This document shows, in pieces, positions 19,117-29,242 of a DNA stretch of 32,000 nt. Position 1 is the first letter of the stretch. Each line of letters begins with the position of its first letter. The translations under genes and the position numbers were made by a program. Source of the DNA: Synechocystis sp. PCC 6803 substr. PCC-P (GTDB lineage Bacteria > Cyanobacteriota > Cyanobacteriia > Cyanobacteriales > Microcystaceae); the NCBI RefSeq assembly GCF_000284455.1, contig NC_017039.1, forward strand, positions 540,001-572,000, written 5' to 3'. The notes under the pieces are model-generated. The model saw only the letters and a list, made by a program, of their open reading frames with translations, searched no databases and was not told the DNA's origin.

Positions 19117-19452
19117 TTAAGACTGGCCACAACAGGTTTCATAGCCTAAACTTTCTAAGATTAGATCACTAACAGCATTGGCCACTGCAAATTCACTAAA
19201 AAAACTTTCCCGAAAATCAAAAGCCTGCATTTCAGTCACAATGGCAATCACTAGGGAACCTAAATCATTTTCCCCTTCCAATCGTTGACGCACAAAAATT
19301 TGAGCGGCCCGTTCCGCAATGGTGGCATTAATTCCTTCGGGAATAAATTCTTGATTAAGCCATTGTTGTAATCCTTGACGCAACCAATCGCCCTCTTGCA
19401 CAGGGTCTTGGAGTGGGGGCAACGTGATTGGGGGAATGGGTTCAACAGCCAT
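19117..19452 (-). CDS. conserved hypothetical cyanobacterial protein
   Basis: ORF with coherent globular composition; no family recognised with certainty. Confidence 0.6.
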   Translation of the reverse strand: MAVEPIPPITLPPLQDPVQEGDWLRQGLQQWLNQEFIPEGINATIAERAAQIFVRQRLEGENDLGSLVIAIVTEMQAFDFRESFFSEFAVANAVSDLILESLGYETCCGQS

Positions 19453-19562
19453 ATTTCCTGGAAACTTTGTTTATAAAATGTTAATAAAATATTGTTTAAG
19501 GGGGGCTAATTTAAAGCCATCGTAGCAGATTGGTAGATGGCCAAAAACAGCTCCAAAAGTTA

Positions 19563-21272
19563 CTAAAATAAGAAGTAACGTTGGGCCATGGGCAACACTG
19601 ATGCTGGCTCACAGGTGAGTAATTCTCCGTCGGCTCGCACTTCGTAGGTTTCTGGATCTACTTCAATGTGGGGCAAATAATTATTCAGTTTCAGATCCCG
19701 TTTGGTTAACTGGCGAATATTTTTCACCGCCACCAACGGCTTGCTCAGTCCCAATTTTTCGCCAATATCTTTTTTGGCCGCTTTTTGGGAAACAAAGGTC
19801 ACACTTGTGGCGGCGATCGCCCCACCATAATTAGCAAACATCGGCTGCATATGTACTGGCTGAGGCGTGGGAATACTAGCATTGGCATCCCCCATTTGGG
19901 CGTAGGCGACTATGCCGCCTTTAATAACTAATTCGGGTTTAACCCCAAAAAAGGCGGGACTCCAGAGGCAGAGATCCGCTAACTTGCCCACTTCCACTGA
20001 ACCAATCTCCTCGGAAATGCCATGGGTAATGGCAGGATTGATGGTGTATTTTGCCACGTAACGTTTGGCCCGAAGATTATCATTATTGCCTGTTTCCCCC
20101 GGTAATTGGCCCCGTTGCACTTTCATCTTGTGGGCCGTTTGCCAAGTACGACAGATAACTTCCCCCACCCGGCCCATGGCTTGGGAATCGGAAGAAATGA
20201 TGCTAAAGGCCCCCAGGTCATGGAGAATATCCTCCGCCGCAATGGTTTCCCGACGGATTCGAGACTCGGCAAAGGCCACATCTTCGGGAATATTACGGTG
20301 CAGGTGATGGCACACCATTAACATGTCTAGATGTTCTTCCAGGGTGTTGATAGTGTAGGGTCGGGTGGGATTGGTGGAGGAAGGGAGAACGTTCAATTCT
20401 CCACAAATTTTGATAATGTCCGGTGCGTGGCCTCCCCCGGCTCCTTCGGTGTGATAGGTGTGAATAACTCGATTTTTCAGGGCGGCAATGGTGGTTTCCA
20501 CAAATCCCGCTTCGTTGAGGGTGTCGGTGTGGATAGCCACCTGGACGTCGTAGTCTTCAGCCACGCCCAAACAGTTGTCGATCGCCGCTGGGGTGGTGCC
20601 CCAATCTTCATGGAGTTTGAGCCCGATCGCCCCGGCCTTGATTTGTTCTGCTAAGGCAGCCGGTTGACTGCCATTGCCCTTACCCAAAAAGCCCAAGTTA
20701 ATGGGAAAACCATCGGCCGCCTGTAACATGCGGTGAATATTCCAAGCCCCAGGAGTGCAGGTAGTGGCCTTGGTGCCCGCCGCCGGCCCGGTGCCTCCCC
20801 CCACCAGAGTGGTAACGCCCGACGCTAAGGCCGTTTCAATCTGTTGGGGGCAAATAAAATGCACATGGGCGTCAATTCCCCCCGCCGTTAAAATCATTCC
20901 TTCCCCGGCGATCGCCTCGGTGCTGGGGCCAATGATTATGGAAACATTGTCTTGGATATGGGGGTTGCCTGCCTTACCAATGGCGTAAATGCGACCGTTC
21001 TTAATGCCCACATCAGCTTTGACAATGCCCCACCAATCCAAAATCAACGCATTGGTGATCACCACATCCACCGCCCCTTCTGCCCTGCTTAAAGGGGATT
21101 GCCCCATGCCATCCCGAATTACCTTGCCGCCACCAAACTTCACTTCATCGCCATAGGTGGCGTAATCCTGTTCTACTTCGATAAATAATTCCGTATCCGC
21201 CAGTCGTACCTTATCTCCCACTGTGGGACCAAAGGTGTGGGCGTAGCTGTGGCGGTCCATCCGATAACTCAT
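19563..21272 (-). CDS. ureC: urease subunit alpha
   Basis: 569 aa. '[13 protein letters not shown]', '[21 protein letters not shown]', '[12 protein letters not shown]' (carbamylated Lys), '[22 protein letters not shown]'. Confidence 0.98.
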
Positions 21273-21289
21273 GGTGGCTATTTCCTTGG

Positions 21290-21760
21290 TTAATTGGGGG
21301 GAGAAGATTCTAGTAACTGTTGCAGGCTATAGGGACAGGTTAGAGGAAAATCCACACCATGGCCGGTTTTCTCTTGCACATAGCCTAGGGCACCTTGATA
21401 AATCTGGGGCAATTCTTCCTCCAGATAATTTTTCAAGGTGGTAGTTAGACAGCGACGAAGTTGGGTGCGAAAACTTTGAATCTCAGCCCGCCAATGGTTG
21501 CCGTTACGTCCCCGTTCTTCCTGCCAGTATTGCAATAGCAGACAATGGCGAATTAACTGTTCCAACAGATAGGCGACTCGATTACGATCCTGTCTTCCCA
21601 AGCTCTCCAACTCCTCAATCAAATGAACCCAGTCCACCTCCGCCAGGGAATTTTGCCGAAATAAGCTCACCGTCACCTCAAGCCATTGGGCGGGATCTTG
21701 CTCATAAAGTTCGGACAGAACTTCGCTAGGGGAAATGGGGAATTGCAGTTGAGATTCCAT
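21290..21760 (-). CDS. DUF29 family protein
   Basis: '[63 protein letters not shown]' is the DUF29 pattern. Confidence 0.82.
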
Positions 21761-21810
21761 TGCTGAGAAACTAACAGTCCGGAATATTTGGTTCAGTCTA
21801 GCTAAAGCCC

Positions 21811-22065
21811 TTAACTCTTACCAGTGGCAGGGGAATAATCGGCAATAACGGCAATGTACAACAGGTGCAAAAGCAAACCCCCTAGCCAGATGCCCGAAAG
21901 AGGTGTCAACCAAGACCAATCGGCCTTGTTTAAGTTATGAACAAACCATAGGCCAGAGTTAATCGCTAAAAATACTGCCACATGGACAGCAAAATTCATC
22001 CGGTCATCCAAACGGCGAAAGGCAGGGTCATTACGGTCGGGTTTACGGGGCCAACGAGGAGGCAT
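21811..22065 (-). CDS. 2TM-domain small membrane protein
   Basis: 'RRLDDRMNFAVHVAVFLAINSGLWFVHNL...WLTPLSGIWLGGLLLHLLYIA' has two TM helices and the 2TM-domain-like pattern. Confidence 0.75.
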   Translation of the reverse strand: MPPRWPRKPDRNDPAFRRLDDRMNFAVHVAVFLAINSGLWFVHNLNKADWSWLTPLSGIWLGGLLLHLLYIAVIADYSPATGKS

Positions 22066-22658
22066 AGATTACCAGTCAGGGTCACAATTAATCACTAGCC
22101 CTAATTTTAACGGCAACGGTCTGAAATCCCCGTAGATCAAGACGCAAAATTAAGCAAAATTTCAGCAAAGTTAGCGGACGGGCTCCTGCCTGGAGTGGCC
22201 AAAAAGGTGGCCCAATGTCAGCACTACAGTCGACCCAATGCCCCTATCAGTTTTTTCATCCACTCTGCACCACTCATATCACTGGCACAGGGCTGGCGCT
22301 GACTATTTCCGGCATTGGTTGGACCACTCATCGGAACTACTAAAATCCTACTCCTCCACCATAGGGATTCGCCAAAACCAATTCGTTTCTCCTCTACTTT
22401 CTTTAATTTTTCTTTGGAAATAAGCCCTTACATAGCAATAAATTGTGCTTGATACCTACAGCTATTTTTTCGTAAATTTAATGTACGATTTACTCCCGAG
22501 ACTTTGCAGCAATAAATGTTAAATTTTGTATCGATATTCAACGTTTCTGTATCTAGCCATAAATAAAATTTGAGTTACAATGGGAGAAGAGTGTTTTTAA
22601 AATTAAGTGCAAAAAGTCGGTGTGATTTAAAGCAAAAAAAGTCGCTGTGTAGAAAAGG

Positions 22659-23147
22659 ATGAAAACTATGGATGCCCAGGAAATTCTTCGGTGTTACGCG
22701 CAAGGACAAAGGGATTTTAGTCATATAAACTTGGTCAGAGTCTGTTTGTCCAATGCAAGCCTAATCGGAGCACAACTAATTTTCGTAGACCTCGGTGGTG
22801 CAAACTTAACCCGTGCACAGCTTGACAGTGCAACCTTAAAAAACGCCAATCTTGCTTTAGCTAATATGACGGAGGTGTGTTTGATTTATGCTGATTTGAG
22901 TAATGCAGACCTTAGTGGTGCAAATTTAGTGGGGGCAGATCTAACCAATGCAGATCTATCGGGGGCAAAACTAGGGGGGGCAGACTTACGAAAAGCGAAC
23001 TTGTCTGAAGCTAGTCTTCGGGGAGCAGATTTGCGCGGTGTGAACTTGATCGAAGCCAACCTAACAAATACAGATTTTAGCGAGGCAGACTTAACGGGGG
23101 CTTACATAAGTGATGGCGCAGTGATTAATGTTGTCAATCTCTCCTAA
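22659..23147 (+). CDS. pentapeptide repeat protein
   Basis: Tandem A(D/N)LXX repeats across residues ~25-155. Confidence 0.92.
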   Translation: MKTMDAQEILRCYAQGQRDFSHINLVRVCLSNASLIGAQLIFVDLGGANLTRAQLDSATLKNANLALANMTEVCLIYADLSNADLSGANLVGADLTNADLSGAKLGGADLRKANLSEASLRGADLRGVNLIEANLTNTDFSEADLTGAYISDGAVINVVNLS

Positions 23148-23239
23148 GAAATCATTCATACCTTGTAGCTAGGGTAAAAAAGCTTAAGAATTAAATATTC
23201 TTAAGTATGTGTTTTTTTATTATCCAAGAGGATAAAACC

Positions 23240-23392
23240 ATGAAACCGATGATTTGGCACCCAGAAGATAAAGATGAAAAGGTCAACAAGTATCTAGACC
23301 GCATCAACCATGAACCTTGGTTGGGATTTGTTGCTTTTTCCTTAGCATTTTTCATGGCCTTTATTTTAATAATGTTTATGGGGATTTTCTAG
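23240..23392 (+). CDS. small single-TM hypothetical protein
   Basis: AGAGGAT Shine-Dalgarno-like sequence just before ATG at 23240; product MKPMIWHPEDKDEKVNKYLDRINHEPWLGFVAFSLAFFMAFILIMFMGIF with C-terminal TM helix. Confidence 0.6.
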   Translation: MKPMIWHPEDKDEKVNKYLDRINHEPWLGFVAFSLAFFMAFILIMFMGIF

Positions 23393-23549
23393 GAAAATGT
23401 TTGAAAAGTTCTAGGTAAGTTTCCGAAGCACGGGATTAACCATAGCCCCATGGATCTTTGTCTCACTGGTGTTAGGTAGATCGTTCGTTGACGACTTCTT
23501 AAAGCGCAACTTAAACGTTGCAAACCTTTTTAAAGGGTCACCGGGGTAA

Positions 23550-26057
23550 CTAATTGAGCAGCCCAGATTGCTCAACCGTTTGCCAGGCGGGCCAAATTTT
23601 TCCCTGCATAAAGAGGGCGATCGCCTGGAGGCCATTAATTTCAGGGTTATCGGGAGCCAGGGCCAAGGCGGGTTTGAGGGCCTGTTCCCCCTGGTATCCT
23701 TGCCAGTCGTAAAGATGAACAAAGGCTAAATAAGCGTGGGCGTAGGGATTTTCGGGATCTAGTTTGACCAAAGATTGCAAAGCGGCGATCGCCTGGGGAG
23801 GATTTTCCTGCAATACCCGGGCCAAAACTTGGGCATAGGTTAAACGGAGAGCATCAACGGGATTTTGGCTGAGGCGATAGGTCCAACTAGCATCCCCCTG
23901 CCGCAGATAGTCGTGGCGAGGATCGTATAAATTAATCCGGTCAACCTGGGCAAAAACTGGATCTAGCCCAGCAATGCCCTGCTGCAAATTTTGCGCTAAA
24001 TGGTACAGTTGGCTGACAAAATCCAATGGTGGAGCAGGCAAAGCTGGAGCATCGGCAGCTAAGGTTAGGGTAATGTCTGGTAAAGGTAAGGGTTGGGCCG
24101 TCATAGTGCTGGGATCTAGCCATTGCCCTTTTAAACGGTAATCCCCCGGAGGTAGATCCGCCTGGGGCGCCATGGCTGTCCTTTCAATTACTTCAACGGC
24201 TTGCCCATTGTCGGTAGGAAGCAATTCACCCAAACCAATGGCATGGTCATGGAGCCAAACTTGCTTAGGATCAGCAACATTTTCCCAAGTGAGCAAAACA
24301 ATCCCTTCACTAAGGCGATCGCCATTGCCCTGCCAATGGTAGGTGATGGGTACGGGTTGACCGGGGGGGGCGCTGGTGGGTAAATCAACTTTGGTCAGTT
24401 GCGGCAATTCAGTATTAATTTGACTGGGTTTGACCTCCACCCTGGGTTGGCGACGGTGCCAGAGGTTCAACTCACTGCCATCGGGCAAAGGCCAGGTTTG
24501 CACAGCGGTAAAATTACCATTCTGGGCAATGGTTTCTCCCAATTCCACTTGTACTGGGTCAGCTAAATAGTTATCTCCAGTTTTTGTCAAGAACCAGTCA
24601 AAATTTTGCTGATCCTGTTGAATAATTTCCCCGTTACGACTCAATTCCCGACCGTAAGCCCGAAAATCCGCCGCCGCCCCATAATAATTCACCGTATTGG
24701 GATTAATAGCTGGGGTGTTGGGAATCACACCCAAATTAATTCTTTGCTCCGGGGTGGTTTCCATGGCAGCGGTAATGACTTCCGTGTTGGGGGCAGGCAA
24801 AACGAAATCGGGACGAAATAACACCGATGGGTTGAGGGCTTGGACAATGCCGTTGCTACCAGGAATGGGAAATAGGTTGCCGAGGGTAATCAAAATGGTG
24901 ATCGCCAACGTACCCCAACGCACCCACAACCAACGACCACACCAACGGGTCAGACCGAAGGCAAGAAAAATAGCCACAATGGGCAAATAGGGCAAAATGT
25001 AGCGGTCATCCTTATTTTGAATGGCGGAGCAGATTAGATAAGTGCCACCGTAGTAATATCCCAGCCACAGCAACCCCGGTTTCGCTTCCCGCCAACTAGG
25101 TATCTGCAATGAAGCAGGAAAACGGTTCAGCAAAGACAAAATCACCCCCACCAAGGGCGGTATTAACCAGACCCAGGACAGGGCATTGGGTAAATCCTGC
25201 CAGTAGTAAGTCCAGGCGGCTAGGGTATTGACGGGAGGGTCCCCCTCCAAAGTGGCGGGGATGGCATTGGAATTTTGGGCGGTGCTGAATAGATAAATCC
25301 AGTTGGTGCGATACCAGGGATACCAAAGGGGAATGCTTGCCAGTAAACCCACTAGCAATTGGGCTAACCGTTGCCATTGCTTTGTCCAAATGCTCCACAG
25401 CCCCAAGCCCACCAAGGGAAAAAACAGATAGAAAATAATACTTTGTTTGGAGAGCAATCCCAGTCCCAACCCAACTCCAGCGGCGATCGCCCAGAGCCAT
25501 TGGGAACGACGACCTTCAGCTTCTTTCCAATAGGTCAGACAGGTAAAGCTCAACAGGGTAAAAGCCAGGAGTGGACTGTCCAACAACACAATCAAACGAC
25601 TATGGATTAAACGGGGAATCAAAACCATGATGGCCACTGCCCACAGACCAATTTCCCGGCTGAAGAGCTTTTTTCCCAAGCCGTACACAGAGAGAATTAA
25701 AATGCCACTCCAGAGCCAATTACTCAGTAAAGCCAGATCACTACCTGGGCCGCCTAGCCCCTGGAAAGGAGCATTGACTATGTAGGTCAAAGGGGGATAT
25801 TTGGGGGACAACATCCAAAAGCTCCGCCACCATTCCCCGCTCAAAAACTCCGGCGATCGTAGGGCTTGCAAATATTCCAGGCCGTAGGATAAGTGGTTAC
25901 TCTGGTCCCAAGCTGGCACCGTTTGATCCATCCCTAGCCACAGGCGATCAAGGCCGTTGCTACCAAGCCACACCATGGCCAACAGCAGGGGCACTCCCCA
26001 GGATTTAGACAAAATTTGCTTAACCATAGCAGGGGTTAGACGTAAGATGGATACCAA
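23550..26057 (-). CDS. GT39/ArnT-like membrane glycosyltransferase with C-terminal TPR-like region
   Basis: Multi-TM N-terminal half with 'NHLSYGLEYLQAL...KYPPLTYIV...GSDLALLSNWLWSGILILSVYGLGKKLFSREIGLWA' and 'LDSPLLAFTLLSFTCLTYW'. C-terminal 'NPPQAIAALQSLVKLDPENPYAHAYLAFVHLYDWQGYQGEQALKPALALAPDNPEINGLQAIAL' is TPR-like. Confidence 0.82.
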   Translation of the reverse strand: MVSILRLTPAMVKQILSKSWGVPLLLAMVWLGSNGLDRLWLGMDQTVPAWDQSNHLSYGLEYLQALRSPEFLSGEWWRSFWMLSPKYPPLTYIVNAPFQGLGGPGSDLALLSNWLWSGILILSVYGLGKKLFSREIGLWAVAIMVLIPRLIHSRLIVLLDSPLLAFTLLSFTCLTYWKEAEGRRSQWLWAIAAGVGLGLGLLSKQSIIFYLFFPLVGLGLWSIWTKQWQRLAQLLVGLLASIPLWYPWYRTNWIYLFSTAQNSNAIPATLEGDPPVNTLAAWTYYWQDLPNALSWVWLIPPLVGVILSLLNRFPASLQIPSWREAKPGLLWLGYYYGGTYLICSAIQNKDDRYILPYLPIVAIFLAFGLTRWCGRWLWVRWGTLAITILITLGNLFPIPGSNGIVQALNPSVLFRPDFVLPAPNTEVITAAMETTPEQRINLGVIPNTPAINPNTVNYYGAAADFRAYGRELSRNGEIIQQDQQNFDWFLTKTGDNYLADPVQVELGETIAQNGNFTAVQTWPLPDGSELNLWHRRQPRVEVKPSQINTELPQLTKVDLPTSAPPGQPVPITYHWQGNGDRLSEGIVLLTWENVADPKQVWLHDHAIGLGELLPTDNGQAVEVIERTAMAPQADLPPGDYRLKGQWLDPSTMTAQPLPLPDITLTLAADAPALPAPPLDFVSQLYHLAQNLQQGIAGLDPVFAQVDRINLYDPRHDYLRQGDASWTYRLSQNPVDALRLTYAQVLARVLQENPPQAIAALQSLVKLDPENPYAHAYLAFVHLYDWQGYQGEQALKPALALAPDNPEINGLQAIALFMQGKIWPAWQTVEQSGLLN

Positions 26058-26160
26058 CAGCCCATCTTTTATGATTGGGCACCGAGAGTCTTCCTGGCCT
26101 GACCCAAACGGTTAGGGTTAGGGGGGCTTACCATTTAGCATTAATCATTTTGGTAATCCT

Positions 26161-26907
26161 ATGAGTGCAAACCTTGCCCAACTCCACCAGGCCCTGGAAA
26201 ATCGTACCGCCTTAAAGGTAATTAGCGGTTTAAATAACTTCGATAGCGCCAATGTTTTAGCCGTGGCCCGGGCTGCCCAGGCTGGGGGAGCTACTTTTGT
26301 GGACATTGCAGCCGATCGCCAATTGATCCAACAGGTGCGCCACGCCATTGATTTGCCCATCTGTGTGTCGGCGGTGGAAGCAGAATTATTAGCCGAAGCG
26401 GTGGCCGCCGGAGCTGACTTGGTGGAAATTGGTAACTTTGACAGTTTTTACGCCCAGGGTCGTCGTTTTGAAGGGCCGGAAGTGTTGGCCCTCACCAAAG
26501 CCACCCGTCAATTGTTGCCCCATACTTTGCTCTCCGTTACCGTGCCCCACATCCTTGCTCTGGACGAACAGGTACAGTTAGCCGAAGCTTTAGTGGCCGC
26601 TGGAGCCGACATCATCCAAACTGAAGGGGGGACCAGTGCCGAACCCCATCACCCTGGAGTTTTGGGTTTGATTGAGAAAGCCGCTCCCACTTTGGCCGCT
26701 GCCCACGCTATCAGTCGAGCCGTTAATGTCCCCGTACTATGTGCTTCTGGCCTATCCGATGTCACCGTTCCCATGGCGATCGCTGCTGGAGCCAGTGGAG
26801 TAGGGGTTGGTTCCGCCATTAACCAATTGAACGACCAAGTGGCCATGGTGGCCGCTGTCCGTCGCCTGGCCGATGCCTTGGTGGCCCAGCCTGTGCGGGT
26901 TGCCTAA
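26161..26907 (+). CDS. ycf23: Ycf23/DUF561 TIM-barrel-like protein
   Basis: 'ALKVISGLNNFDSANVLAVARAAQAGGATFVDIAAD' and 'IIQTEGGTS' plus 'VLCASGLSDVTVPMAIAAGASGVGVGSAIN' match the plastid/cyanobacterial Ycf23 family. Confidence 0.88.
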   Translation: MSANLAQLHQALENRTALKVISGLNNFDSANVLAVARAAQAGGATFVDIAADRQLIQQVRHAIDLPICVSAVEAELLAEAVAAGADLVEIGNFDSFYAQGRRFEGPEVLALTKATRQLLPHTLLSVTVPHILALDEQVQLAEALVAAGADIIQTEGGTSAEPHHPGVLGLIEKAAPTLAAAHAISRAVNVPVLCASGLSDVTVPMAIAAGASGVGVGSAINQLNDQVAMVAAVRRLADALVAQPVRVA

Positions 26908-26978
26908 CTATCGGTTTAAGTTCGACTAAATAGGTTAGACGCCCCCGGTTCCCTCAAACTTGTGAGGAAAATAGATAA

Positions 26979-27018
26979 AAATCCTCCAATATTTGGGGGA
27001 TTTGGGGGCAAACCCAAA
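26979..27018. terminator. putative bidirectional terminator hairpins between convergent ycf23 and dxs
   Basis: AAATCCTCC (26979-26987) - AATATTT - GGGGGATTT (26995-27003), a 9-bp stem with one G-U. Alternative stem TTTGGG (27001-27006) / CCCAAA (27013-27018). Confidence 0.45.
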
Positions 27019-27084
27019 CTTTGCAAGGGGGAGTGTTAAAACCACTATGCCCCTCGACAAATGCAAAATGTATCAAAATTCCTG

Positions 27085-29007
27085 CTAACTAACTCCAGGA
27101 GCGACAACTGATTCAGTTTCAGTTTTGAACAGTGAAGCCATAATATTCTGCGCCATCTGGGCTGGGGTTAAACCAAGGTCAACGGTGGATTGTTCCGGAG
27201 TGGCATGGTCCACAAGTATGTCGGGCACCCCTAAACGTTTCAAGGGCACCAACACGTTGTTATCCATCAGGGCCTCCGCCACTGCTGAGCCAAAGCCCCC
27301 CATGAGGCAACCTTCTTCCATGGTCACCACTTTGCCGATGCGCTCGGCCAAGGGCAAAATTAATTCCGTATCTAGTGGTTTAACAAAGCGGGCATTAACC
27401 ACCGTTGCTTCGATGCCGTGTTCGTGGAGTAATTCCGCTGTTTGCAGAGCGGGATAGACCATGGAGCCGTAGCCCAACAGAAGCACATCATCCCCCGACC
27501 GGAGAATTTCAGCTTTACCAATTTCCAGCGGTTCCCAACCTTCCTCCATCAGGGGCACCCCGATGCCATTACCCCGGGGATAACGCATGGCGATCGCCCC
27601 ACCGGTGTAGTTAACCCCAGTAACCAGCATTTGTTGTAACTCTGCTTCATCCTTGGGAGCCATCAGCACCAGATTGGGAATGCAACGGAGATAGGCAATG
27701 TCATACATCCCTTGGTGGGTGGGCCCATCCGCCCCCACAATGCCCGCCCGGTCTAGGCAGAAAAATACGGGTAATTTTTGAATACAAACGTCATGGATAA
27801 TCTGGTCGTAACCCCGTTGCAAAAAGGTGGAATAGATGGCCACCACTGGACGAATGCCCTCGCAGGCCATGCCCGCCGCCAAAGTAACTGCGTGTTGTTC
27901 CGCAATGCCCACGTCCACATACTGCTTGGGTAGCTTGGCCTGGAGTTTATCTAGCCCTGTCCCCGTCGCCATAGCAGCCGTGATACCGACAATGTTGGGA
28001 TTTTCCTTGGCCAGGGTAGTCAACGTATGGGCAAAAACCTTGGAATAGCTGGGGGGTTTCGGCTTACTAGAAGGATAGGCCTTACCGGTGGAAAGGTTGA
28101 AAGGACTTTGGGCGTGGTAGCCTACTTGATCCTTTTCGGCTAAGTCATAACCCTTGCCCTTGGTGGTGGAAACATGGACAAACACCGGACCAGGCACTTT
28201 TTCCGCTTGTTTAAAGGTATCGATTAATTCCTGTAAACTATGACCGTCAATGGGACCAAAATATTTAAATCCTAGTTCTTCAATCACCGCTCCCACTTTG
28301 GGGACAACAAGACGTTTCATTCCCTCCTTGACCCTTTCCATCTCCGGGGTGAGGGAATCCCCCACAAAGGGCAAGTGTTTGATCTGTTCCTCCAGATTGT
28401 CCGTCAAAAACTGCATCGGACTGCTGAGGCGGACTTTATTTAAATAACGGGAAATGGCTCCCACGTTGGGGGAAATGGACATCTCATTGTCATTGAGAAT
28501 CACCATTAGTCTGGTATGGGGCAAATGCCCGGCATGGTTGATTGCCTCCAAGGCCATGCCCCCGGTTAAAGCACCATCGCCAATGATGGAAACTACTTTA
28601 AAATCTTCCCCCTTGGCATCTCGAGCTAAAGCCATGCCCAAACCAGCGGAAATACTTGTGGAAGCGTGCCCAGCACCAAAATGGTCAAAACGACTTTCAG
28701 AGCGTTTGAGGTAACCAGCCACCCCATCTTTTTGCCGCAGGGTATGGAAATCATGGTAACGTCCCGTCAACATTTTGTGGGGATAGGCTTGGTGTCCCAC
28801 ATCCCAAATCACCCGGTCTTTGTCTAAATCAAGAGTGGAATATAGGGCCACCGTCAGTTCCACCACTCCCAACCCAGGCCCCAGATGACCGCCGCTGGTG
28901 GCCACAGTTTGGAGATGTTTTTCTCGGATTTGCCGGGAAACTTCCTCCAGCTCACGGATAGATAAACCCTTTAACTCATTGGGGTGGGTCAGTTCGCTGA
29001 TGTGCAT
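27085..29007 (-). CDS. dxs: 1-deoxy-D-xylulose-5-phosphate synthase
   Basis: 640 aa. '[18 protein letters not shown]', '[18 protein letters not shown]', '[11 protein letters not shown]', '[15 protein letters not shown]', '[30 protein letters not shown]'. Confidence 0.97.
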   Translation of the reverse strand: MHISELTHPNELKGLSIRELEEVSRQIREKHLQTVATSGGHLGPGLGVVELTVALYSTLDLDKDRVIWDVGHQAYPHKMLTGRYHDFHTLRQKDGVAGYLKRSESRFDHFGAGHASTSISAGLGMALARDAKGEDFKVVSIIGDGALTGGMALEAINHAGHLPHTRLMVILNDNEMSISPNVGAISRYLNKVRLSSPMQFLTDNLEEQIKHLPFVGDSLTPEMERVKEGMKRLVVPKVGAVIEELGFKYFGPIDGHSLQELIDTFKQAEKVPGPVFVHVSTTKGKGYDLAEKDQVGYHAQSPFNLSTGKAYPSSKPKPPSYSKVFAHTLTTLAKENPNIVGITAAMATGTGLDKLQAKLPKQYVDVGIAEQHAVTLAAGMACEGIRPVVAIYSTFLQRGYDQIIHDVCIQKLPVFFCLDRAGIVGADGPTHQGMYDIAYLRCIPNLVLMAPKDEAELQQMLVTGVNYTGGAIAMRYPRGNGIGVPLMEEGWEPLEIGKAEILRSGDDVLLLGYGSMVYPALQTAELLHEHGIEATVVNARFVKPLDTELILPLAERIGKVVTMEEGCLMGGFGSAVAEALMDNNVLVPLKRLGVPDILVDHATPEQSTVDLGLTPAQMAQNIMASLFKTETESVVAPGVS

Positions 29008-29242
29008 GGTGGATTGGGACTAACGATGGCTAAATTATGGAACTTTTTTCAGACTTCTCACACTTTAACCCATTGGGTGAAGGGAAGTTAGGTTGGAAAA
29101 CCCCAGTCACAGTCTGGACAAAACATTCGGTGAACCAATGATGAATCCCCATTGAGAAGGCTGGGGAAAAGGGTAGCGAAGATGTCATAATTTTTAACAA
29201 AGATTACTAAAGATTTACCCCCAGTTCTCTGCTGTAGTAGCC

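Noticed and set aside
19526-19546. GTTACT...AGTAAC inverted repeat between ureC and the hypothetical gene
   Set aside because: Only a 6-bp AT-rich stem with a 9-nt loop and no U-tract, too weak to call a terminator or operator.
20065-20988. Four plus-strand ORFs opposite ureC
   Set aside because: Antisense open frames within ureC, explained by its codon composition.
22238-22423. 61 aa plus-strand ORF in the spacer
   Set aside because: No convincing SD or recognisable family, and composition is not gene-like; kept only as part of the non-coding region of interest.
22730-23130. Short-period repeats that might suggest a CRISPR or tandem satellite
   Set aside because: The ~15-nt periodicity is exactly that expected from A(D/N)LXX pentapeptide codons in an open reading frame; there are no unique spacers.
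23411-23722. 103 aa minus-strand ORF overlapping the 3' end of the GT39-like gene
   Set aside because: Substantially overlaps the better-supported large CDS in another frame and its sequence has no domain resemblance.
24188-25610. Several ORFs opposite or within the large GT39-like gene, including a minus-strand 134 aa frame at 25096-25500
   Set aside because: Alternative frames inside the 835 aa ORF; low-complexity, no domain similarity.
27125-28714. Multiple plus-strand ORFs opposite dxs
   Set aside because: Shadow ORFs of a conserved essential gene; no SD context or family signature.
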